A stretch of 64,000 nt of DNA from an uncultured Methanosarcinales archaeon. Its GTDB lineage: Archaea > Nanobdellota > Nanobdellia > Woesearchaeales > GW2011-AR4. Position numbers and translations under genes: made by a program. The notes under the pieces were generated by a model that did not search any database, had not been told where the DNA came from, and worked only from the letters and a program-made list of their open reading frames with translations. This document shows positions 55,316 through 63,972 of the stretch, piece by piece (the stretch's first letter is position 1; the number at the start of each line of letters is the position of its first letter). The stretch is from positions 8,079 through 72,078 of the forward strand of contig CAYNCK010000024.1 in the NCBI GenBank assembly GCA_964396095.1, written 5' to 3'.

Positions 55316-56599
55316 ATGAATACAATAACTATTGTTGGCCTTGGGTACGTCGGCCTGCCTCTTGCTTGCTTGTGCGCTGAAAGAGGCAATAAAGTCTATG
55401 GGTATGAAATTGACCAAAATAAGGTGGGTTTGATTAATAATGGCACAAGCCCGATTGAAGATGAATACCTTGCAAACAAATTAAAGAATTTAAAAAATAA
55501 AATCCATGCAACAGCAAATCCAGGTGACTGCATTCCAAATTCTGAAGTTGTAATAATTTGCGTTCCAACCCCCGTTGACAATAACAATGCCCCTGACCTG
55601 ACTGCATTGATGGGTGCAGTTGCGTCAGTCTCAAAATTCATAAAGAGGGGGACTTTGCTCGTTATAGAATCAACAATTTACCCGGGCACAATCGAGGAAG
55701 TTGCGCTTCCTATATTAAAAAAGCAGAAATTTGATGTCTATAAAAATGACATTCTTGTTGCGCATTGCCCTGAAAGGATTGACCCCGGCAATAAAAAATG
55801 GACAATTGAAATGCTGCCAAGGGTTGTTGGAGGAATCACAAAAGAGGCAACAAAAAAAGCAGCTGAATTTTACAGGAGCATTATAAATGCCGATGTCCTG
55901 GAATTAAGCAGCGTAAAGGCAGCAGAAGCAACAAAAATAATGGAAAACACTTTTCGCGATATAAACATAGCATTTGTCAATGAGATGGCCCAGAGCTTTG
56001 ACAAGGCAGGCATTGATATTATTGAAGTAATCAAAGGCGCTTCAACAAAGCCGTTTGCCTTCATGCCGCATTACCCTGGCGCAGGAGTTGGAGGGCACTG
56101 CATTTCAGTTGACCCGTATTATCTAATAGAAAAAGCAAAACAGCTTGGCTTCAACCACAGGTTTTTGATTCTTGCAAGGGAGATAAACAACGGCATGCCG
56201 CATTATACAGTTGAACTGTTGGAAAATGAGCTTAAAAAATTAAAAAAATCCCTGAACAAAGCAAAAGTCGGTGTTCTTGGATTGGCATACAAGGCAAATG
56301 TTGATGATATAAGGGAAAGCCCTGCATTTGACATAATAAATATCCTGAATTCAAAAGGCGCAGATGTTTTTGTATTTGACCCTCATGTAAAAAAAGGCAG
56401 CAATGTAAAAGACTTGGATGAACTCCTGAACAAAAGCGATTTTATAATTCTTGCAACAGACCACAATGAATTCAAAAATATGGACTTAGATAAATTAAGA
56501 AAATATAAGATTCTAGTTTTTATCGACGGCAGGAACTGCATTGATAAAGATAAAATAAAATCAATGGGAATTCTGTATCACGGGATTGGGAGAAGCTGA
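55316..56599 (+). CDS. UDP-N-acetyl-D-hexosamine (GlcNAc/ManNAc) 6-dehydrogenase (WbpA/WecC-like)
   Basis: ITIVGLGYVGLPLA, CPERIDPG and GAGVGGHCISVDPYYL (catalytic Cys). ATG at 55316 is preferred over TTG at 55304. Confidence 0.85.
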   Translation: MNTITIVGLGYVGLPLACLCAERGNKVYGYEIDQNKVGLINNGTSPIEDEYLANKLKNLKNKIHATANPGDCIPNSEVVIICVPTPVDNNNAPDLTALMGAVASVSKFIKRGTLLVIESTIYPGTIEEVALPILKKQKFDVYKNDILVAHCPERIDPGNKKWTIEMLPRVVGGITKEATKKAAEFYRSIINADVLELSSVKAAEATKIMENTFRDINIAFVNEMAQSFDKAGIDIIEVIKGASTKPFAFMPHYPGAGVGGHCISVDPYYLIEKAKQLGFNHRFLILAREINNGMPHYTVELLENELKKLKKSLNKAKVGVLGLAYKANVDDIRESPAFDIINILNSKGADVFVFDPHVKKGSNVKDLDELLNKSDFIILATDHNEFKNMDLDKLRKYKILVFIDGRNCIDKDKIKSMGILYHGIGRS

Positions 56600-56624
56600 T
56601 TAACCATTTCTTTTAAAACTATGA

Positions 56625-57758
56625 TTAAATATTTAACCAATAAAAAATCAAGAGTAATAAGAGTAGTAACCAAATTAAAGGTCTAAAAAATAGTTTATTC
56701 AATCTATCATTTTTATTTCTCAAATCAAAAACAAACAATCCAATTAAAAATGCACCCATACTAACAAGGTGCAAAATGGTAAATTCATTAACTGGCAGTC
56801 CAAAGCTTAAAAATCCTAATATTAATGTTGAAATGAAAAATAAAGAATAGTCATAAAAAATAAGGGATATACTGGATTTAGGCTGATAAGCTACAAAAAA
56901 ACTTATAAAAACTATTAATATTAAAATGGAACCAATCCAAAATGGTTTTAATGAAACTTCCCTTACCAAGTCCAATTTTATATGAAAGTATTGATCTTTG
57001 CTCATATCAATCTTATAAATTGCCGTTTTACCAGAATTAACACTTTCTTGAGCTTGTTGTAGACTATTAAATGGAGGTTTATCTCTTGTACTTTCAACTT
57101 TAATATTTTTAATAGCAAAGTAAGGAGGTGCATTAATAAATAATTCATATTCGGAGTTTTGACTTGATTGTAAGAATAGTTCTATTGAATAAGAATCAAT
57201 AGGAAAATATTTTGGTGGTCTAGTAAAATTTACATAGTCACCTTCAAGAACAAACTCTTGATGAAGATCTATTGGAGTTTTGTTTATTAAATAATCAGGA
57301 ATATTAAAATCAATCTTTTGTCTTAGAAAAGGTCCACTAGTGGTTTCTCTGGAGAGGGATGCTGTATTTATTTTACTATAAAAAAAAGTACTCCAAGATG
57401 TTAAAATTACACCATTTAGAGTTACAGAAACTGACTTAATAAAATTATTACCTTTAACTATTATTCCATCTATAAATCTAGGATCGGAATTATTGGCACG
57501 ATTTGTTACCTGAGCTATACTTGATTCAATTGGAATAAAATTAGTCTGTTCAAAGATTTTTAGGTATTTTTTTACAAAGAAATCATTGGGAATTTCAATA
57601 TTTATTTTAGTAAAATTTAGACTATTTGGTGGCATAGTAAATGTTGCAGTGTGTGCGACTTCGTATGTTTCTTTATTAGTCCTATAAATATACAATACAG
57701 AAACAATAAACAAAATTAAATATATAAGCCCGAGAAGGTATTTATATTTTATTTTCAT
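56625..57758 (-). CDS. Membrane protein of unknown function (N-terminal TM, ~250-aa external domain, C-terminal TM bundle)
   Basis: Hydrophobic segments at both ends; no recognisable motif. Confidence 0.4.
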   Translation of the reverse strand: MKIKYKYLLGLIYLILFIVSVLYIYRTNKETYEVAHTATFTMPPNSLNFTKINIEIPNDFFVKKYLKIFEQTNFIPIESSIAQVTNRANNSDPRFIDGIIVKGNNFIKSVSVTLNGVILTSWSTFFYSKINTASLSRETTSGPFLRQKIDFNIPDYLINKTPIDLHQEFVLEGDYVNFTRPPKYFPIDSYSIELFLQSSQNSEYELFINAPPYFAIKNIKVESTRDKPPFNSLQQAQESVNSGKTAIYKIDMSKDQYFHIKLDLVREVSLKPFWIGSILILIVFISFFVAYQPKSSISLIFYDYSLFFISTLILGFLSFGLPVNEFTILHLVSMGAFLIGLFVFDLRNKNDRLNKLFFRPLIWLLLLLLLIFYWLNI

Positions 57759-57812
57759 ATTGTAACAGTAATAATTAATTTTTTGAAGCTGTATGTTTTG
57801 AGTTCTTCCTGA

Positions 57813-58397
57813 TTAATTATTATTCTTTAACAAATAACTTAAAATAACTCCAACGCTTCTGTATTCCCCTATATTTCCATTCAGGCACATGTCTTTCACT
57901 TCATCAAAAGTTTTCCACTCAACGTAAATCTCCTCACTAAATCCCAATTGCTGGCCTTTTTCGTTCTCTTCAAAATCATCAACAATGAAATAAAACAAAT
58001 CCCATTGGACAGTCAGGCCTGCACTTGAAGTTAAATAATGACTTATGTTCTTTGCAATCAATCCGGTTTCTTCAAGGCACTCTTTCTTTGCAGCCTTTGT
58101 TGCATGCTTCAGTATGTCAGAATCCTTAGCAAGAGCTTCCTTGTATTCTTTCAGCGAATCAAAAACCTTGCCTCCCGGAAGCCTGTAATCATACGCATTT
58201 AATTCAAAGCGAAATTCCCTGGTAATCAGCATTTTACTGTCTTTTATTATAATCAGCCTGACGCCAGGCGCTCTTCGTGCAATCTCAATATTGGATGATT
58301 TTTCACCGGAAATAAAATTCTTTTTTATAATCTCGAAGGTTTTTCCTTCGAACAATAATTCTTCATTGTTTGATTGATTTACCATAGAATTAATCAC
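57813..58397 (-). CDS. NUDIX hydrolase with expanded Nudix box
   Basis: LPGGKV ... (~20-aa insertion) ... AAKKECLEETGL approximates Gx5Ex7REUxEExGU. 4-nt overlap with the upstream SDR gene. Confidence 0.65.
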   Translation of the reverse strand: MINSMVNQSNNEELLFEGKTFEIIKKNFISGEKSSNIEIARRAPGVRLIIIKDSKMLITREFRFELNAYDYRLPGGKVFDSLKEYKEALAKDSDILKHATKAAKKECLEETGLIAKNISHYLTSSAGLTVQWDLFYFIVDDFEENEKGQQLGFSEEIYVEWKTFDEVKDMCLNGNIGEYRSVGVILSYLLKNNN

Positions 58398-59326
58398 TCA
58401 TAAAACAATTCTTCTTTTCCAAGATTATCTTTGTACCAGTTGTATGTTTTTGCCAGCCCTTCCTGAATATTAACCTGAGGCTTCCATCCAATTGATTTCA
58501 GTTTTTCAATTGACGGAACCCTTTTCATTATCTCCCTTTCCTTTGTCCTTGTTTCTTTTCCAAAGCTTACAATTTTCGGCTTCAGATTCTTTCCTGAAAT
58601 TTTAATTATGAGTTCAGCAAGCTCTTTCATTGTAATCTGGTCGGTGTTTGCAATATTATATGCTTCTCCTTTCACGCCATTCTCCATCACCTTTTCAATC
58701 CCGCTCACGATATCTTCTATGTAAGTAAAGCACCTGACTTGAGACCCATCACCAAATACAACAGGCGCTTCGCTGTTCAAAACTTTTTGTATAAAGATTG
58801 ACATAACCCATTCAAATCCCTGCCCGGGGCCATAGACATTGAACAGCCTTACAGGATTAATGTCCATATTGTGCTCCTGCACATAGCCCTTGGCATACAT
58901 TTCAGCTGTCAATTTTGAAACTCCGTAAACGCTAACAGGGCTTTTCGGGCTGTCCTCTTTTAACGGAATCTCCCTGGCTTCGCCGTAAACTTCAGAAGAG
59001 GATGTATAAACAATTTTTTTCACGTTTGTATTTAGTGCGCATTTGAAAACATTCACAGTTCCGTCGATATTTACAGCCAAAGTATGAAGCGGCTTTTTGT
59101 CGGAATTAACAACTCCAAGTTCTGCAGCGAGATGGTAAATTGCATCGCAGCCCTCCATCTCCGGCTTTAAATCTTCAAGTACGGATTTTTTTACAAACTC
59201 GAGCCCATCGTGCTTGAACTTTATCGGCTTTATATCTATGACTTTTACGTCATTGCCTCCATTAAGAAGATGCCTTACCAAGGTGTGGCCTATAAATCCA
59301 TTTCCCCCTGTAACCATTATTTTCAT
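58394..59326 (-). CDS. NAD-dependent nucleotide-sugar epimerase/dehydratase (GalE-like SDR)
   Basis: MKIMVTGGNGFIGHTL, TSSSEVYG and YGVSKLTAE. Confidence 0.85.
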   Translation of the reverse strand: MKIMVTGGNGFIGHTLVRHLLNGGNDVKVIDIKPIKFKHDGLEFVKKSVLEDLKPEMEGCDAIYHLAAELGVVNSDKKPLHTLAVNIDGTVNVFKCALNTNVKKIVYTSSSEVYGEAREIPLKEDSPKSPVSVYGVSKLTAEMYAKGYVQEHNMDINPVRLFNVYGPGQGFEWVMSIFIQKVLNSEAPVVFGDGSQVRCFTYIEDIVSGIEKVMENGVKGEAYNIANTDQITMKELAELIIKISGKNLKPKIVSFGKETRTKEREIMKRVPSIEKLKSIGWKPQVNIQEGLAKTYNWYKDNLGKEELFYE

Positions 59327-59363
59327 GTTGTGCCTGAAAACTGCGATTGTTTATAAATTTAAT

Positions 59364-60521
59364 TTATTTTTTAGGAATTACCCCATTTTTTCCAAGATAA
59401 TCATAAATTAAATCCGCTGCAAGCTCATGCCCTTTTTCATTCCAGTGCCCGTCAATATTGAAATAAAAAGTGTTGTTGATGTTTTTCTGCCGGAAATAAG
59501 GAAGCAGGTCAAGAAATCCAATTTTATTTTCAGCTGCAAATTTTGCAGCCAGTTTTTGAATCTTGTCAGGCTCCAGATTTTTTTCATCAATATTGTTTTG
59601 CTTTGCAAATTCAGCCAGCTTATTTTTGTCAACCTGTTCCCTGTTCGGAATAATTACCATAAGCAGGGGAATCTTGTTTTCATCGGCAACACTTTTTATT
59701 TCATCTATTAAAAGGAAAGCTTTTTTGATTGCCCCGCCCGCTTCAGCAGTTGTGTTTTTGTAGAGCATATCAGCAATCGTAACGTCCCTTTTCACATTAT
59801 CACTGCTGCTTATCTTGGATTTTGAAAGGAATAATCTTATTAGAAAATTATTTTTTGAGTTTTCAATAATCACTGTTTGTGTTAAGGCGCACAAATGCGA
59901 ATATCTGCTGCAATACAGCAAAAAGCTTTTCGCCCATGATATTTTCACAGGAATATTCTCAACAAGCTTTTCGTTTTCCACTGAAACAAGGGGAGTTATA
60001 GCATTTTCAGCAACATCTCTTGAAGAAAAGTCAAGCAAAATCAAGTCAGGATTATATTTCAAGCCCTCGGTTCTCAAATAAAATAATTCCTGCGCCGTGC
60101 TGTAGCCGCCGACAGCCATGTTTATGACTTCATATTTTCCTTTTAATTCATTGTTGAGCTTTTTTTCTAGAATATTTTCATAAGTCTGGTTTAGCTGCAC
60201 CTGCAGTGCCTGCGAAAAAGAAGAGCCTATAAGCAATATCCTGAAAGTTCCTTTAGGCTTTTCATAGCTGTACTCGTAATCCCTTAACCCATGCGAGTTG
60301 AACTTTATTGTATTTGAAAATTCCTGCCTGTGGTAATTTGTTTCAAAATTCGGAATGTGCTTAAACATCAAAGTGCTGTCAAACTCAGTATAGTTGAGGT
60401 TCTGCGGGAAAAATATTCTTATGATTATTTCAGCAAGAAAAAGCATGATAATCACTACAATAAGCAACACAAGCAGGTTCTGTAAAATTGCCTTGAGTCT
60501 GCTGGCTTTTTTCTTTGGCAT
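59364..60521 (-). CDS. Membrane-anchored SGNH-like protein of the AlgJ/AlgX/DltD type (DxHW motif)
   Basis: N-terminal TM helix, FRILLIGSSFSQ (Ser block), and NIDGHWNEKGHELAA, which resembles the D-x-H-W signature of AlgJ/AlgX-type O-acyltransferases. Confidence 0.6.
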   Translation of the reverse strand: MPKKKASRLKAILQNLLVLLIVVIIMLFLAEIIIRIFFPQNLNYTEFDSTLMFKHIPNFETNYHRQEFSNTIKFNSHGLRDYEYSYEKPKGTFRILLIGSSFSQALQVQLNQTYENILEKKLNNELKGKYEVINMAVGGYSTAQELFYLRTEGLKYNPDLILLDFSSRDVAENAITPLVSVENEKLVENIPVKISWAKSFLLYCSRYSHLCALTQTVIIENSKNNFLIRLFLSKSKISSSDNVKRDVTIADMLYKNTTAEAGGAIKKAFLLIDEIKSVADENKIPLLMVIIPNREQVDKNKLAEFAKQNNIDEKNLEPDKIQKLAAKFAAENKIGFLDLLPYFRQKNINNTFYFNIDGHWNEKGHELAADLIYDYLGKNGVIPKK

Positions 60522-60586
60522 AATCTAAGTTTATTATATTCGGTTATAAAGTTTTCTTAAAAAATCAATAAATATCAGCTATAGCT

Positions 60587-60763
60587 GTGCCGAAAGAAAG
60601 ATTTAACATAATTAAAGATGATACAGACGACAATGCAATATTAGAATGTGCAATAGCTTGAAATGTAGATTGTATTGTTAGTAATGATAAGCATTTATTA
60701 AAGCTTAAAAAATTTCGGAATATAACTATATTAACGCCAGATGATTTTATAAATATTTATAGG
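60587..60763 (+). pseudogene. Decayed C-terminal fragment of a PIN-domain (PIN_3-like) toxin gene
   Basis: My translation: VPKERFNIIKDDTDDNAILECAIA*NVDCIVSNDKHLLKLKKFRNITILTPDDFINIYR. It matches the C-terminal ...DpdDn.fLecAia..AdyiVsgDkhLL.lk.f.gi.Iltp.eF pattern. The N-terminal ~70 aa are absent, and there is an in-frame TGA at 60659-60661. Confidence 0.6.
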
Positions 60764-60915
60764 TGCTTGCTTCTTAGCATAAGTATAATCGCTTGTGGTA
60801 TGTAAAGTTCTTCCTGCTCCTATTAAAAGAATGTTTTGTGAACTTAATTACTCATTTTTAGTCTATGCTTAATAAATAACTTTATAAATGAATATGCGGC
60901 TCTGCAGATTTAAAA

Positions 60916-61941
60916 ATGGCAAAGAATAAGCCGAAAAATATTCTTAAAAATATAATTTTGCTAGTTATAGTTCTCTTGGTTTTTCTCGCTTTACTTGAAA
61001 TTATTTTGAGGATAACCTACCCTATTTATTCAAACTATAACACTGAAATGTGGAGATATTCAGTTCTTTTGAAAAGAGCCAGCCCCAATCCAAATGTTTC
61101 CCATGAGCATATACCAAACACCGAAGCATTCCTGTACGGAGTTGATGTAAAAATAAACTCTTATGGATTCAGGGACAATGAATATTCATTGAAAAAGCAG
61201 GACAACACTTATAGGATTCTAATTTTAGGCGATTCATTCACTCTTGGGTGGGGCGTGCCAATTGATGATGCCTATTCAAAAGCCCTTGAGAAAATGCTGA
61301 ATGAAAACATAAAAGGGAAAAAATTTGAAGTAATCAATACAGCTTTGGGCAATTACAACACTCAGATGGAATACGAGCTTTTGAAGGAAAAAGGAATCCA
61401 ATTCCAGCCTGATATGGTTATAGTCGGCTATTATCCCAACGACCCTGAACTGACTGTTAAATTCGACGACAAGGGAATTTCAACATTCGTGAAAAGGCAC
61501 AGCTACATTTACGTGTTTTTCTGGGACAGGATAACCAAGCTGCAGACAAGAATTCAATTGGCAGGCAACAATGGCCCTTACACCGGCTATGTTCATAACC
61601 TGTATAAAGGCGATTTTGAAGGCAGAAAAATAATGGAAAGCTCACTGAATGGAATTATCGATTTAAGCAAAAAAAATAATGCAACTCCTGTCGTTGCTGT
61701 TCTTCCTCAGTTTTTCGGCAAATTTGAGGATTATGAGTTCAAGGAAATCTATCCTGCCGTGAGCAACATCACAACAGGAAAGAATGTCTTAGCCATTGAC
61801 ATGCTGCCGTATTTCAAAAATCATGAGGTAAGGGACGTGATTGTTTCATTTGAAGATGCTCACCCAAACAAGCTCGGCCACAGCATAATAGCAAAGGCAA
61901 TTTACGACAACATTTACGGGATTGTATCAAAAAAGAAATAG
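60916..61941 (+). CDS. Membrane-anchored SGNH/GDSL hydrolase-family protein
   Basis: N-terminal TM helix, YRILILGDSFTLGWG (block I GDS), and EDAHPNKLGH (block V DxxH). Confidence 0.75.
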   Translation: MAKNKPKNILKNIILLVIVLLVFLALLEIILRITYPIYSNYNTEMWRYSVLLKRASPNPNVSHEHIPNTEAFLYGVDVKINSYGFRDNEYSLKKQDNTYRILILGDSFTLGWGVPIDDAYSKALEKMLNENIKGKKFEVINTALGNYNTQMEYELLKEKGIQFQPDMVIVGYYPNDPELTVKFDDKGISTFVKRHSYIYVFFWDRITKLQTRIQLAGNNGPYTGYVHNLYKGDFEGRKIMESSLNGIIDLSKKNNATPVVAVLPQFFGKFEDYEFKEIYPAVSNITTGKNVLAIDMLPYFKNHEVRDVIVSFEDAHPNKLGHSIIAKAIYDNIYGIVSKKK

Positions 61942-62039
61942 CAAGGTTGCCTGTTTTTATTAATATAATTAATAAATCTATAAACATTTCAAAACACAAA
62001 GCAAAATATAAAAACACATCTTATTTTCATCTCTTAAAA

Positions 62040-62180
62040 ATGGAAAAAAGCCAAACTTTCCTTAAAAGGAACTGGAAGATGATTTTGATTATAGCGGTAA
62101 TAGTGATACTTCTTGTATTGTTCATTATCTTAAGCGGCAAAAATGTTGTATCTCCTGACTTGAGGTATTTTCCTTCATAG
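62040..62180 (+). CDS. 46-aa single-pass membrane protein directly upstream of the MBOAT gene
   Basis: MEKSQTFLKRNWKMILIIAVIVILLVLFIILSGKNVVSPDLRYFPS. An internal ATG of track ORF 61947-62180 is preferred. Its position is analogous to DltX. Confidence 0.4.
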   Translation: MEKSQTFLKRNWKMILIIAVIVILLVLFIILSGKNVVSPDLRYFPS

Positions 62181-62188
62181 GTGTTTAA

Positions 62189-63403
62189 ATGCTTTTACTC
62201 CAAGAGCCTTCAATTTTTAGGTCAGTTCTTGAGCCTTATACAAAGCTTTTATTCGGGGATTATTTCAACACAGGGCTTCTGCTGGTATTTGGGATTTTGT
62301 TTGCTTTAATTCTTTACACAATCCCAAAAAAATTCAAGTTCAAGGCAATTTTAACAGCAAGCATCATTTTTGCATTAATCTCGTCAACATTTGCAAATTT
62401 TATTTTGTTCATCATTATTGTAGTGATCCTTTTTTTCTGCTCAAATTATAATTTCAGGCTAAAAAATATTTTATTCTGGCTTACGGAGGCATTTTTGCTG
62501 ATATCAACAATGCTGGTTTTCAGGATTTTTAAATATCATTCCGCTTTCTATTCATTTGCAGCTTATTACACCATGTACCGCTCAATCCACTATTTTGTTG
62601 ACGTGAAGCAGGGCTCTTTGAAGAAAGTTGGAATTATTGATTACATAAGCTACTTGTTTTTCTTCCCGTCATTCTCCCATGGGCCTGTTGAAAGGTTTGA
62701 AAATTTAAATTTAGAGAATGTAAATAAAATCCATGTAGTATTTGGGTTTAAAAGAATCCTGGTTGGAATTGTAAAATACGTATTATTGCTTTATGTTTTT
62801 TCTAAAATACCTATAATTCCGTTCTCATTCAGTAATTTCTTGCAATGGCTCGTCTATACCGCTTACGGGAATGCCATTAAGCTTTACGTGCTTCTGTCAG
62901 GTGACATAGATATAGTAATTGGAATATCATCGTTGATGGGGTTCAAAATAAGTGAGAACTTCCCTAAATTCCCCTACATTCAGGAGACCCTGACAAAATT
63001 CTGGCAGAACTGGCAGGCAACGATTGTCAGCTGGCTCACAGCCTACGTTTACTTTCCTCTTTGCAGGAACAGGAAATATGTTTACCTGAAGACGATGATA
63101 ATAATTATGATAATAGGCTGGGCGCATTTGTTTTATTATTTTCAGGATTTCCCATCCACAGAATACATTTTGTATTACACTTTGTGGGGAATATTCTTAG
63201 GAGGCACATTTGCATTGTCAAAAGTTATTGAAAAAAAGAAAGCAGATTCAAGAAAATCAGTCGAGGCAAAGCACCCTTCAATTGCAAAAATCCTATACGC
63301 TGACAATATTTTCACAAAATCATTAAACACCTTCATTACCTTCAACATAATTGCAATTGGATGGCTTTCACCATTGTACATATTGCTGGCAAGCTTACGA
63401 TGA
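62189..63403 (+). CDS. MBOAT-family membrane O-acyltransferase (DltB/AlgI-like), with Gln at the canonical His position
   Basis: FFFPSFSHGPVERF aligns with FFPqliAGPIvR. LSGDIDIVIG aligns with FSGYSDmaIG. ENFPKFPYIQETLTKFWQNWQATIVSWLTAYVYFPL aligns with ENFn.PY.a.si.eFWRRWHISLStWlRDYlYiPL. Confidence 0.75.
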   Translation: MLLLQEPSIFRSVLEPYTKLLFGDYFNTGLLLVFGILFALILYTIPKKFKFKAILTASIIFALISSTFANFILFIIIVVILFFCSNYNFRLKNILFWLTEAFLLISTMLVFRIFKYHSAFYSFAAYYTMYRSIHYFVDVKQGSLKKVGIIDYISYLFFFPSFSHGPVERFENLNLENVNKIHVVFGFKRILVGIVKYVLLLYVFSKIPIIPFSFSNFLQWLVYTAYGNAIKLYVLLSGDIDIVIGISSLMGFKISENFPKFPYIQETLTKFWQNWQATIVSWLTAYVYFPLCRNRKYVYLKTMIIIMIIGWAHLFYYFQDFPSTEYILYYTLWGIFLGGTFALSKVIEKKKADSRKSVEAKHPSIAKILYADNIFTKSLNTFITFNIIAIGWLSPLYILLASLR

Positions 63404-63744
63404 TACTCAACATAGGGATAGACATAGAGAAAATTTCAAGGTTCAAAGGCAAAAGCAAGAGTCTGCTGGCCAGGATTCTTACTGGAAGGGAATTGAAATC
63501 CCTGAAAAATAAAAATTCACAAACAATTGCGGGAATTTTCTGCGCAAAGGAAGCAATTATCAAGGCATGCAGCATAATAGAAAAAATAAATTTCAATGAT
63601 ATTGAAATTTTTCATAAAAAGAATGGCATGCCTTTTGTCAAAATAAAAAATTTAAAGAAGATAAGCTCAAAAGATTTAAAAATAAGCATCTCGCATTCAA
63701 AGGATTATGCAGTCGCAGCTGCAGTTCTGCTAAAGGTGATTTAA
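63400..63744 (+). CDS. acpS: Holo-[acyl-carrier-protein] synthase (4'-phosphopantetheinyl transferase)
   Basis: MILNIGIDIEKISRF, FCAKEAIIKA and ISISHSKDYAVAAAVL. ATG at 63400 forms an ATGA overlap with the MBOAT stop. Confidence 0.8.
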   Translation: MILNIGIDIEKISRFKGKSKSLLARILTGRELKSLKNKNSQTIAGIFCAKEAIIKACSIIEKINFNDIEIFHKKNGMPFVKIKNLKKISSKDLKISISHSKDYAVAAAVLLKVI

Positions 63745-63972
63745 ATTAACGAAAAATTAAGGGGAATATGCACAAAAGTCTTCAACATTGCCCCAAATGA
63801 AGTATCTTCTGATATTTCAAAAGCAAACACTCCTGAATGGGATTCCCTAAGCCACCTGATGCTGTTGACCGAAATTGAAAAAGAGTTCAAAATTAAGTTC
63901 ACTGCAAGCGAGACAATCAAAATTAAATCAGTTGAAGACATTGAAGCAGTTCTAAAAGGAAAAGGGTTATAA
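63745..63972 (+). CDS. Acyl/peptidyl carrier protein (DltC/ACP-like) with no canonical start codon
   Basis: My translation: INEKLRGICTKVFNIAPNEVSSDISKANTPEWDSLSHLMLLTEIEKEFKIKFTASETIKIKSVEDIEAVLKGKGL. The DSL Ser sits at the usual ~35-aa position. It is in the same frame as acpS and starts right after the acpS TAA. The first codons are ATT AAC GAA, and there is no in-frame ATG, GTG or TTG before the DSL motif. Confidence 0.65.
   Translation: MNEKLRGICTKVFNIAPNEVSSDISKANTPEWDSLSHLMLLTEIEKEFKIKFTASETIKIKSVEDIEAVLKGKGL

Noticed and set aside
63741-63941. 66-aa minus-strand ORF
   Set aside because: It is antisense to the carrier-protein frame, which has a clear DSL phosphopantetheine-site pattern.
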